A stretch of 64,000 bases of DNA from an uncultured Sutterella sp. (lineage in GTDB: Bacteria; Pseudomonadota; Gammaproteobacteria; Burkholderiales; Burkholderiaceae_F). Position numbers and translations under genes: made by a program. The first letter of the stretch is position 1, and each line of letters starts with the position of its first letter. A model generated the notes under the pieces. The model was not told the origin of the DNA. It did no database searches and saw only the letters and a list, made by a program, of their open reading frames with translations. This document shows positions 53,428-62,244 of the stretch, one piece after another. Location of the stretch: contig CASEFX010000029.1 of the NCBI GenBank assembly GCA_949287305.1, positions 6,405 through 70,404 on the forward strand, given 5' to 3'.

Positions 53428-54058
53428 CCGAACGCCCTCGGACGCCCCGCGAAGGAGAGGATTTTCCTCTTGAGCTGGGCGTTCCTTTCTCCGGACCCGG
53501 CGTGGCGCCCAACTTCATGCGCCGCCGGAAGGCTCGGCAACGTCCCGCAAAAGAATCCGTTTCGTCAACGCATAGAACGCCGGAAACTGAGGGTGAAGGG
53601 TAAATTCAAAGAACCTCAGACATCCATAAAACGGAAGACGGATTCCGGAAATATTTTCCGAAAATCCTTAGCTGGTTTTCATTCTCATTGCCGGGATCGA
53701 CTGAGTTCCAGAAGCATTTCAAAAGAGAGGGCAGTGAATTTTGTAGAAATCGTGTTCCGATTTTTGCAAAAAGCGAAACGCGACGGCAGGGAAATCCACT
53801 CTGCCCTCCGCTCCTTCCATGCTCTACAATCGAGGCAAATAAGCAATTACCCCGAAAGGGTAGGGCCGCGGTGCAGCTCGCGGCCTCTCACAAGACTTCA
53901 GTCAACGCGACCCTCTGCAGGACAGGTCTAAAAAACGGCGTTCCATCCGCGCCGATTGCTTTTCCCGTCCTGCTCCGTCCGAACCGTTTTCACTGCTGCG
54001 GGAAGCGGACGGTTGCTTTGTTCGGCGTCTTTTGTCTTTTGGAAGGAGACTCTTTTTT

Positions 54059-56503
54059 ATGATTACACGTCGAAGCTTTCTGCGAAGCTCGGCTCTTCTC
54101 GGCTCCGCCGCCGGCTTTACGGCGTCGCCGATGAGCCGCGCGGTCGCGGCCGCTGCCGCCGACATCGAATCCGTTACGTGGTCGGCCTGCTCGATCAACT
54201 GCGGCAGCCGCTGCCTGCTTCGCTGCGTCTCGAAGAACGGACGCGTCATCCGCATCGAAACCGACAACACGGGCGACGCCCAGGCGGGCGTGGCCGACGG
54301 GAAGTTCCCGCAGGTCCGCGCCTGCCACCGCGGCCGCGCCATCCGCCAGCGCCTTTATTCGCCCGAACGCCTGAAGTTCCCGATGAAGCGCGTGGGGAAG
54401 CGCGGCGAAGGCAAATTCGAGCGCATCTCCTGGGACCAGGCGTTGGACGAAATCAGCGCGCGCTTGAAGGACACCATCAAGAAGCACACGAACGAATCGA
54501 TTCTTCTGATGCACGGCTCGGGGAACTACAGCCTCTTCAACAACCGCAACTGCACGTTCCGCTTCTTCAACCTCATCGGCGGGAACGTCGGTTGGTATTC
54601 CGACTATTCGGCCGCCTGCATCCAGAACATCTGGCCCTTCATGTTCGGCGGCTTCAACTACGGGGCCGTTCGCTCGAGCAATCCGGGCGTGGGCTCCTAC
54701 ATGAGTCAGATCAAGAACGCCAAGCTCTACGTCACGTTCGGGAACAACCCGGCCGTCACGCGCGCTTCGGGCGGCGGTCAGACCTGGGAACTCGCCGAAG
54801 CCCTGCGTCTGGGCAAAACCCGCATGGTCGTGATCGACCCGATCCGCACCGACTCGCTCGCCGGCCGCGACGCCGAATGGGTGCCGATCCGTCCAGGCAC
54901 CGACGCGGCCCTTGCCGCGGGCATGGCCTACGTCATGATCAAGGAAAACCTTGTCGATCAGGCCTTCCTTGACAAGTACTGCGTGGGCTACGACGAAAAG
55001 ACGCTCCCGAAGTCCGCCCCGAAGGGAAGCGACTACAAGTCCTACATTCTCGGAAACGGCGCCGACAAGACGCCGAAGACTCCCGAATGGGCGTCCCGCA
55101 TCTCGAACGTTCCCGTCGAAACGATCGAACGCCTCGCGCGTGAAATCGCGACGACGAAGCCCTGCTTCATCTCCCAGGGCTGGGGGCCGCAGCGCCGCAT
55201 GAACGGCGAAACGCAGTCGACGTCGATCGCGATGCTCGCGCTCCTCACCGGTCAGGTCGGTCTTCCCGGCACGAACACGGGCGCCCGCGAAGGCGACTCC
55301 TACGGCATCGACACGGGCTTCCCCGTCGGAAAGAACCCCGTCAAGGTGTCCTTCCCCGTCTTCCTCTGGCCCAAGGCCATTACCGACGCGAAGTCGATGA
55401 CGGCGAAGAATTCGGCCGTGCGCGGTGCGGACCATCTCTCGCACAACATCAAGTTCATCTGGAACACCCAGGGCAACACCCTCATCAACCAGCACGGCGG
55501 GATTAATGCGCTTCGCAAGATCCTCGAAGACGAATCGCTCGTCGAAACGATCGTGGTGGTCGACAACCAGATGACGCCGAGCGCGAAGTTCGCCGACTAT
55601 CTGCTCCCCGACACGATGAACCAGGAAATCGACGACCTTGAGGCCGACGCCTACGCCGTGGGCGACTACAACTACCTCGTCGCCTGCCCGCAGGCCGCCA
55701 AGATCGAATGGGATCAGCGTCCGAACTGGGAAATCATGCGCGAGATGGCAAAGCGCTTCGGCGTCGAAGACGCCTACACCGAAGGCCGCACGTACAAGGA
55801 ATGGCTCCGTTGGGGCTATGAGGAAACTTTGAAGAAGGCCCAGAAGTTGGCCGACGCCAAGAAGTTCCCGAGCTTCGACGAATTCTGGAAGCAGGGCGTC
55901 GTCAAGTACCGCATGGGCGACGACTCGGGGATCGTGCTCAAGGACTTCCGCGAGGATCCGGTGAAGCATCCGCTTCCGACCCCCTCGGGCAAGATCGAAA
56001 TCTATTCCGAACGACTCGCCGAAATCGCGCGCACCTGGGAACTCCCGAAGGAAAAGGGCCAGGAAATCCACCCGATTCCGCAGTTCATCGCCACGAAGGA
56101 AATGCGCGGTCAGGGCGACCCGACGGAAGAAAAGTATCCGCTCGAAGTCTACGGCTACCACGGCGCGGGCCGCACCCACTCGACGTATCACAACGTCCCG
56201 TGGCTGCGCGCGGCGCATCCGGACCTCCTCATGATCAATCCGGTCGACGCGAAGCCCCGCGGCATTCAGACGGGCGACCGCGTGCGCGTCTTCAACGACC
56301 GCGGAGAAATCGAAATTCCCGCGTTCGTGACGAACCGCATCATCCCGCACCTGGTGGCGCTCCCGCAGGGGGCCTGGTATTTGCCCGACGAAAAGGGCGT
56401 CGACAAGGGCGCGTGCATCAACACGCTTACGATGCTCGACGCGACGCCGCTTGCGAAGGGCAATCCTTCGCACACTAACCTCGTCGAAGTTCAGAAGCTC
56501 TAA
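54059..56503 (+). CDS. Tat-exported DMSO-reductase-family molybdoenzyme catalytic subunit (DmsA-like), paralog 2
   Basis: GGAAGGAGA RBS then ATG at 54059. Signal MITRRSFLRSSALLGSAAG. WSACSINCGSRCLLR Cys motif. Collinear with paralog 1 (shared blocks include RQRLYSPERLK.PMKRVGKRGEGKFERISWD). Confidence 0.9.
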   Translation: MITRRSFLRSSALLGSAAGFTASPMSRAVAAAAADIESVTWSACSINCGSRCLLRCVSKNGRVIRIETDNTGDAQAGVADGKFPQVRACHRGRAIRQRLYSPERLKFPMKRVGKRGEGKFERISWDQALDEISARLKDTIKKHTNESILLMHGSGNYSLFNNRNCTFRFFNLIGGNVGWYSDYSAACIQNIWPFMFGGFNYGAVRSSNPGVGSYMSQIKNAKLYVTFGNNPAVTRASGGGQTWELAEALRLGKTRMVVIDPIRTDSLAGRDAEWVPIRPGTDAALAAGMAYVMIKENLVDQAFLDKYCVGYDEKTLPKSAPKGSDYKSYILGNGADKTPKTPEWASRISNVPVETIERLAREIATTKPCFISQGWGPQRRMNGETQSTSIAMLALLTGQVGLPGTNTGAREGDSYGIDTGFPVGKNPVKVSFPVFLWPKAITDAKSMTAKNSAVRGADHLSHNIKFIWNTQGNTLINQHGGINALRKILEDESLVETIVVVDNQMTPSAKFADYLLPDTMNQEIDDLEADAYAVGDYNYLVACPQAAKIEWDQRPNWEIMREMAKRFGVEDAYTEGRTYKEWLRWGYEETLKKAQKLADAKKFPSFDEFWKQGVVKYRMGDDSGIVLKDFREDPVKHPLPTPSGKIEIYSERLAEIARTWELPKEKGQEIHPIPQFIATKEMRGQGDPTEEKYPLEVYGYHGAGRTHSTYHNVPWLRAAHPDLLMINPVDAKPRGIQTGDRVRVFNDRGEIEIPAFVTNRIIPHLVALPQGAWYLPDEKGVDKGACINTLTMLDATPLAKGNPSHTNLVEVQKL

Positions 56504-56518
56504 CAACGGGAGGATGAG

Positions 56519-57109
56519 ATGAAACAGTATGGTTTTTATTTCGACGCCGCCCGCTGCACGGGCTGCAAGGCTTGTCAGATCGCCTGCGCCGACAAGAACG
56601 GAATCGAAGACGGGCGTTTCTTCCGAAACGTCCTTCCGTACGAATCGGGTTCCTGGCGTGAAGACCGCGCCACGGGCGCCTGGCATCAGGACGTCTTCCA
56701 CGGATACGTGTCGGTTTCGTGCAATCATTGCGACGATCCGGCCTGCGTGAAGGTCTGCCCCACCAAGGCGCACGCGAAGCACCCCGAACTCGGGGGCCTC
56801 GTTCTGATCGATCCGAAGAAGTGCATCGGCTGCGGCATGTGCATGGCCGCCTGTCCGTACCACGCTCCGGTCCTCGACAAGAAGGCGGGTAAGATGACGA
56901 AGTGCGACGCCTGCGTCGACCGCATTTCGAAGGGCGGTCTTCCCGTGTGCGTCGAAGCCTGCACGCAGCGCGCGCTCGACTTCGGCTACGTGGACGAACT
57001 CCGCGCGAAGTACGGCGAAGGCGCGCACATCGTGCCGCTTCCTTCGCCCAAGAAGACGAAGCCCAACCTCGTCGTTCATCCCGCCGCCAAGGCGAAGATC
57101 GTGGAATAA
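56519..57109 (+). CDS. DmsB-like 4x[4Fe-4S] electron-transfer subunit, paralog 2
   Basis: MKQYGFYFDAARCTGCKACQIACAD.., CIGCGMCMAACP. Collinear with paralog 1. Confidence 0.9.
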   Translation: MKQYGFYFDAARCTGCKACQIACADKNGIEDGRFFRNVLPYESGSWREDRATGAWHQDVFHGYVSVSCNHCDDPACVKVCPTKAHAKHPELGGLVLIDPKKCIGCGMCMAACPYHAPVLDKKAGKMTKCDACVDRISKGGLPVCVEACTQRALDFGYVDELRAKYGEGAHIVPLPSPKKTKPNLVVHPAAKAKIVE

Positions 57110-57143
57110 CCGCACGATCCACGGCTTAGCCGCATAACCCAAA

Positions 57144-57186
57144 AGCCGCCCCGTTCGGGTTCATCCGTTCGGGGCGGTTGCTTTTT
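57144..57186 (+). terminator. Rho-independent terminator after dmsAB paralog 2
   Basis: Stem 57144-57153 pairs with 57170-57179 (AGCCGCCCCG/CGGGGCGGTT), followed by CTTTTT (57181-57186). Confidence 0.7.
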
Positions 57187-57307
57187 GTCGCCGCCAGCTC
57201 GGGCCTGAGGTTTTTCTGAATGGTTGTTCATGTAATTTTTCCGTAGCCTCAAAGCATATCGATCGAAAACGATCGGAACCGACTCACTCGACCAAAGGAG
57301 AAGCCTC

Positions 57308-59215
57308 ATGAAAAACATTCGCCTCACGACCCTTGCGGTGCTCACCGCCGCCGCGATCGCGGGCAGCGCCTATGCGGCCGACGGAACCTTCCGCGGCACG
57401 GCCATGGGTCACAACGACGAAGTGATCGTCGACGTGACGATCGAAAAGGACCGCATCACGGACATCAAGATCGTCCAGACTTTCGAAACCCCGGCGGTCG
57501 CGGAAAAGCCCTTGGCCTGGATTCCCGAAACAGTCGTGAAGAACCAGTCGCTCAAGGTCGACCGCGTGAGCGGCGCGACCTTCTCGAGCCTCGCCATCCT
57601 CGGCGCCGTTCGCGACGCCGTGAAGAAGGCGGGCCTCGATCCGGCGAAGTTCATGAAGGGCGACACCATCCGCTACGTCGTCAAGGTTCCGACCGAACCC
57701 AAGGCCGACGTCGTGATCGTGGGCGGTGGCGGCGCCGGCATGTCCGCGGCCGTTGCGGCGGCCCGTGCGGGCGGCAAGGTCGTGGTGCTCGAGAAGATGA
57801 GCTTCTTGGGCGGCAACACCGTGCTCGCGGGCGGCGCTCTGAACGCGGCCGACCCGAAGCTGCAGGGCAAGCAAAAGATATCCGAAGGCCAGCGCAAGAT
57901 GGTTGAAGACCTCCTTGCCGAAAAGCCGAGGAACGAACTCCACGCCAAACTCATCGAACAGGCGAAGAAGGAATGGAAGGATTGGCTCGCGAAGTCTCCC
58001 GACGTGCTTTTCGATACGCCGACCCTGCATGCGCTTCAGACCTGGAAGGCGGGCGACTACGCGGCGAAGCTTGAACTCGTCGCGGAACTCGCCAGAATCG
58101 CTCCGGGGCAGGTGGACCGTCTCGAAAAGATGGGCCTCGAATGGAATCCTTACACGACGCAGTACGTGGGCGCCATCTGGCCGCGCTCGCATGACGCGAA
58201 GAACTTCAAGTCCGGCATCGGCTACATCAACACCTTCCGCGCGACGATCGAGAAGGAAAAGCTCCCCGTCGACATTCTCTTCCAGACGAAGGCTGAAAAG
58301 CTCATCGTCAAGGACGGCCGCGTCGTCGGCGTTGAGGCCGTCGGTCCGAACGGAGAAAAGGTGACGGCCACGGCCGAAAAGGGCGTGATTCTCACGACGG
58401 GCGGCTTCGGTGCAAATCCCGAAATGCGCATGAAGTACGACACCCAGTGGGGCGGCAAGCTCGGTCCCGACGTGAAGACCACGAACAGTCCCGCCATCAC
58501 GGGCGACGGCATGCGCATGGCCGAAGCGATCGGTGCGAACCTGATCGACATGGGCTTCATCCAGCTGCTGCCCACGACCGACCCGGCAAACGGCAGCATC
58601 ACGACGGCCGTCGCGGAAGGCACCTCCATGTACGTCAACAAGGAAGGGAAACGCTTCGTGAACGAACTCGAACGCCGCGACGTTCTCTCGCGCACCGCGC
58701 TCGCCCAGCCCGACGGCGTCTTCTACCGCATCACCACGGTGAAGAACGCCAAGGTCGACGAAAACGGCATTACGGCGCAGGGTCAGAGCATCAAGAGCCT
58801 CCTGAAGGCCAAGAAGGTCTACGAAGCGCCCACGATCGAAGAGCTCGCGAAGAAGGTCGGCATGGATCCGAAGGTCTTGGGTGAAACGGTTGCGAAGTGG
58901 AACGACTTCTGCCGCAAGCAGACGGTCGACCCCGACTTCGGCCGCGCTTCCTGCACGCCGAACGTGACGCTCTATGAAGGACCGTACTACGCCGAAATGC
59001 GCGCCCCCGCCGTGCACCACACGATGGGCGGCGTGGAAGTCGACGCGCAGACCCGCGTTCTCGACAAGAACGGCAAGGTCATCCCCGGTCTCTATGCCGC
59101 GGGTGAAGTGACGGGCGGTCTGCACGGCACGAACCGCGTCGGCGGCAACGCCATTCCCGACGCGCTCGGAAACGGTCAGAAGGCCGGCGAAATCGTGATG
59201 GGCGTCTCCCGTTAA
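57308..59215 (+). CDS. Exported two-domain flavoprotein reductase: N-terminal FMN_bind domain plus FAD-dependent fumarate/urocanate-reductase-like domain
   Basis: AAAGGAGA RBS. Signal peptide ..LAVLTAAAIAGSAYA. FMN_bind domain with flavinylation-type motif DRVSGATFSS (nt 57560-57580). VVIVGGGGAGMSAA dinucleotide motif. C-terminal GLYAAGEVTGGLHGTNRVGGNA. Confidence 0.9.
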   Translation: MKNIRLTTLAVLTAAAIAGSAYAADGTFRGTAMGHNDEVIVDVTIEKDRITDIKIVQTFETPAVAEKPLAWIPETVVKNQSLKVDRVSGATFSSLAILGAVRDAVKKAGLDPAKFMKGDTIRYVVKVPTEPKADVVIVGGGGAGMSAAVAAARAGGKVVVLEKMSFLGGNTVLAGGALNAADPKLQGKQKISEGQRKMVEDLLAEKPRNELHAKLIEQAKKEWKDWLAKSPDVLFDTPTLHALQTWKAGDYAAKLELVAELARIAPGQVDRLEKMGLEWNPYTTQYVGAIWPRSHDAKNFKSGIGYINTFRATIEKEKLPVDILFQTKAEKLIVKDGRVVGVEAVGPNGEKVTATAEKGVILTTGGFGANPEMRMKYDTQWGGKLGPDVKTTNSPAITGDGMRMAEAIGANLIDMGFIQLLPTTDPANGSITTAVAEGTSMYVNKEGKRFVNELERRDVLSRTALAQPDGVFYRITTVKNAKVDENGITAQGQSIKSLLKAKKVYEAPTIEELAKKVGMDPKVLGETVAKWNDFCRKQTVDPDFGRASCTPNVTLYEGPYYAEMRAPAVHHTMGGVEVDAQTRVLDKNGKVIPGLYAAGEVTGGLHGTNRVGGNAIPDALGNGQKAGEIVMGVSR

Positions 59216-59236
59216 TCGGGTTCCCCTTAAACGACA

Positions 59237-59265
59237 TTCGGGACGGAGAGGTTCTCCGTCCCGAA
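59237..59265. terminator. Bidirectional terminator between convergent genes
   Basis: Near-perfect 12-13-bp hairpin TTCGGGACGGAGA/TCTCCGTCCCGAA. TTTT follows on the plus strand and TTT on the minus strand. Confidence 0.75.
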
Positions 59266-59294
59266 GTCATTTTGGAGGTTTGGCAGAGCGAGTC

Positions 59295-59507
59295 TCAGTG
59301 CCTCGGCGCACCCTTTTGCGGACAGTCCGCGGGCAGCTTTTCTCCCTTTCGCACAAAACGGATCGGGGAGGGACCGCTCTTTTTGCGGGCGGTGCAGGAT
59401 TCGTTCGTGCAACCGCCGCACCCGCCCGAACCCCTGAGAATGCGGCGGCAGGACCAGAGGAACCCCGCCGCAATCAGGAGCAATACGATCCAACTCGCCG
59501 CGTTCAC
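59295..59507 (-). CDS. FeoB-associated Cys-rich small membrane protein
   Basis: 70 aa. N-terminal TM helix (WIVLLLIAAGFLW), then the basic and Cys-rich GSGGCGGCTNESC motif. Lies immediately downstream of feoB. Confidence 0.7.
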   Translation of the reverse strand: MNAASWIVLLLIAAGFLWSCRRILRGSGGCGGCTNESCTARKKSGPSPIRFVRKGEKLPADCPQKGAPRH

Positions 59508-59523
59508 GTGAGGCGTCTCCGTA

Positions 59524-61887
59524 TCAGAAGAAGGGCGCGGCGAGAATGCGGACGATCAACGCGACCACCCACGCGACCGCGCACTGCATCAGCACGACGC
59601 CCACGGCCCACTTGCCGCCCAATTCGCGGCGGATCGTGGCGATCGACGCGACGCAGGGCGTGTAGAGAAGACAGAAGACGAGAAGCGCGAGGGCCGAGAG
59701 CGGCGTGATCGCGGCAAGGAGCGTGTCCACCGATCCGAAGAGAACCGAGATCGTACTCACGACGCTTTCCTTCGCCATGAAGCCCGAGATGAGGGCCGTG
59801 GCGACGCGCCAGTCGCCGAAGCCGAGCGGTTCGAACAACGGAGCGAGCCCGCCCGCCACGACGGCGAGCATGCTTTCCTGCGAGTTCTCGACCGGGTTGA
59901 ACTGGAAGTCAAAGGACTGCAGGAACCAGATCGCGATGGTCGCGACGAAGATCACCGTAAAGGCGCGCTCCAGGAAGTCCTTGGCCTTTTCCCAGAGAAG
60001 GAAGAGAACGTTCTTGGCGCCCGGCATGCGGTAGTTCGGAAGTTCCATCACGAAGAGAACCGCTTCACCCTTGAAGAGGGTCTTTCGCATCGCAAAGCCC
60101 AGCACCACCGCGGTGAGGATCCCGAGGAAGTAGAGCGCCACCATGATCGCGGCGCCTTCGCCGGGGAAGAAGGCCGCGGTGAAGAAGCCGTAGATCGGAA
60201 GCTTCGCCGAGCAGCTCATGAAGGGCGTGAGAAGAATCGTCATCTTGCGGTCGCGCTCGGAGGGGAGCGTACGGCTCGCCATGACGCCCGGGACCGTGCA
60301 GCCGAAACCGATCAGCATCGGAACGATGCTTCGGCCCGAAAGACCGATCTTGCGAAGGAGCGTGTCCATCACGAAGGCGACGCGGGCCATGTAGCCGCTG
60401 TCTTCGAGGAACGACAGGAAGAAAAAGAGCGTCACGATCGTCGGGAGGAAGCTCAGCACGCTTCCAACCCCGTTGAAGACCCCGTCGATCAAGAGTCCGT
60501 GAATCGAGGAATTCACGGCCCAGGTTGTAAGGAGGCCGTCAACGATGTCGGTGAGCCACCCGATCGCAACCTCGAGGATTTCCTGCAGCCACGCCCCGAT
60601 CACGTCGAAGGTGAGCCAGAAGATGAGCGCCATGATCGCGATGAAGGCGGGAATGGCGGTGTACTTGCCAGTGAGGACGCGGTCGATCTGGAGACTCCGG
60701 AGATGTTCCTTGCTTTCGTGCGGACGCACCACCGTGCTGCGGCAGATGCGGTCGATGAAGGCAAAGCGCATGTCGGCCATGGCGGCCGCGCGGTCGAGAC
60801 CGCGTTCGGCTTCCATTTGCTTCAACATGTGTTCGATCGTGCGCTCTTCGTTCACGTCGAGTTCGAGCTGCTCGAGAATGAGGCGGTCGCCTTCGGCGAT
60901 CTTGCTCGCGGCAAAGCGGACGGGAATGCCGGCGCGCTTGGCGTGGTCCTCGATGATGTGCATGATGCCGTGCAGACAACGGTGCACGGCGCCGCCGTGG
61001 TCTTCCGGACCGCAGAAGTCCTGCAGGGCGGGCGGTTCCTGAAATTTCGCGACGTGAAGGACGTGGTCGACGAGTTCGTCGATCCCTTCGCCCTTGGCGG
61101 CCATGATCGGCACCACCGGAAGGCCGAGAAGCGCTTCCATCTCGTTGATTCGGATCGAGCCTCCGTTGGCGAGCACTTCGTCCATCATGTTGAGCGCGAG
61201 CACCATCGGACGGTCGAGCTCCATCAACTGCATCGTGAGATAGAGATTGCGCTCGATGTTCGTCGCGTCGACGATGTTGATGATCGCCTTGGGGGACTCC
61301 TTCAGGATGAATTCGCGCGAGATGATTTCTTCGTTCGTATAGGGCGAGAGCGAATAGATCCCGGGAAGGTCGGTGACGAGCGTGTCGTCGTGCCCGATGA
61401 TGCGGCCGTCCTTGCGGTCGACCGTGACGCCTGGGAAGTTCCCGACGTGCTGGTTCGAGCCGGTGAGGCGGTTGAAGAGCGTCGTCTTCCCGCAGTTCTG
61501 GTTCCCTGCGAGAACGAGCGTGAGTTCCGTACCTTCGGGGAGGGGATTTTCATGCGACTTGACGTGATACTTCCCGCCTTCGCCGAAGCCCGGGTGGAGC
61601 ACGTCGGAGCCGTCCGTCGAGGCGTTCGGAGTGAGGGAGGGCGCCTCGTCGCGCACGTCCTCGATTTCGATTTCGGCGGCTTCGGCCGAGCGAAGCGTAA
61701 GTTCGTAGGCCTTGATGCGCACTTCGATGGGGTCGCCCATCGGGGCGCGCTTCACCATCGTCACCGCGGCGTTGGGGATGAGCCCCATGTCGAGGAAGTG
61801 CTGGCGCAGAGCGCCTTGACCGCCCACCGTGCGGACGGTCGCGGTCTTGCCGATGGGAAGGTCGTTGAGGGTGATTGGGGTCGTCAT
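59524..61887 (-). CDS. feoB: Ferrous iron transporter, FeoA-FeoB fusion
   Basis: N-terminal FeoA SH3-like domain (LNDLPIGKTATVRTVGG..LIPNAAVTMVKRAPMGDPIEV). FeoB G-domain (LAGNQNCGKTTLFNRLTG, NFPGVTVD). Polytopic C-terminal permease. Confidence 0.93.
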   Translation of the reverse strand: MTTPITLNDLPIGKTATVRTVGGQGALRQHFLDMGLIPNAAVTMVKRAPMGDPIEVRIKAYELTLRSAEAAEIEIEDVRDEAPSLTPNASTDGSDVLHPGFGEGGKYHVKSHENPLPEGTELTLVLAGNQNCGKTTLFNRLTGSNQHVGNFPGVTVDRKDGRIIGHDDTLVTDLPGIYSLSPYTNEEIISREFILKESPKAIINIVDATNIERNLYLTMQLMELDRPMVLALNMMDEVLANGGSIRINEMEALLGLPVVPIMAAKGEGIDELVDHVLHVAKFQEPPALQDFCGPEDHGGAVHRCLHGIMHIIEDHAKRAGIPVRFAASKIAEGDRLILEQLELDVNEERTIEHMLKQMEAERGLDRAAAMADMRFAFIDRICRSTVVRPHESKEHLRSLQIDRVLTGKYTAIPAFIAIMALIFWLTFDVIGAWLQEILEVAIGWLTDIVDGLLTTWAVNSSIHGLLIDGVFNGVGSVLSFLPTIVTLFFFLSFLEDSGYMARVAFVMDTLLRKIGLSGRSIVPMLIGFGCTVPGVMASRTLPSERDRKMTILLTPFMSCSAKLPIYGFFTAAFFPGEGAAIMVALYFLGILTAVVLGFAMRKTLFKGEAVLFVMELPNYRMPGAKNVLFLLWEKAKDFLERAFTVIFVATIAIWFLQSFDFQFNPVENSQESMLAVVAGGLAPLFEPLGFGDWRVATALISGFMAKESVVSTISVLFGSVDTLLAAITPLSALALLVFCLLYTPCVASIATIRRELGGKWAVGVVLMQCAVAWVVALIVRILAAPFF

Positions 61888-62184
61888 GGTCGGCGAAAGT
61901 TCTATTTATTTTTGCGAAACGCGAATTTTAGCATTGTGACTCGGGGGTGTGCGTTGCATGGGAACGGTATTCCCCCGAGGAGAAAAGATGACGCGGTCTC
62001 TTCGGAGGAGCGATTTGAGAATGCCGGAAGCGTCCCGTCCGATCGTCGGGATTTCGGACTGAGGAAAGGACGGTTGAATGCGTGGAAGGGCGGGAGAGAC
62101 CGGCGAGAGGGTCGCCGGAGAGATCTGCTGCGGGAAAGGCGGAAGGGTAAAACGAAGGGGAGTGACGCGGAGCAAAAGGAATCC

Positions 62185-62219
62185 TAAAACGACTCGGCCC
62201 GGGGCGAACCCGGGCCGAG
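62185..62219 (-). terminator. Rho-independent terminator of the M20 amidohydrolase gene
   Basis: 11-bp stem CTCGGCCCGGG/CCCGGGCCGAG (62193-62203 with 62209-62219). On the minus strand it is followed by TCGTTTTAGG. Confidence 0.75.
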
Positions 62220-62244
62220 GGAAGGAATCGGAATCCGAAAGGGA

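Noticed and set aside
61888-61940. Fur box upstream of feoAB in the AT-rich patch (..GCAAAAATAAATAGAAC.. on the coding strand)
   Set aside because: It shows only a loose AT-rich resemblance to the GATAATGATAATCATTATC consensus, and I could not align a convincing 19-mer. It is left unannotated.
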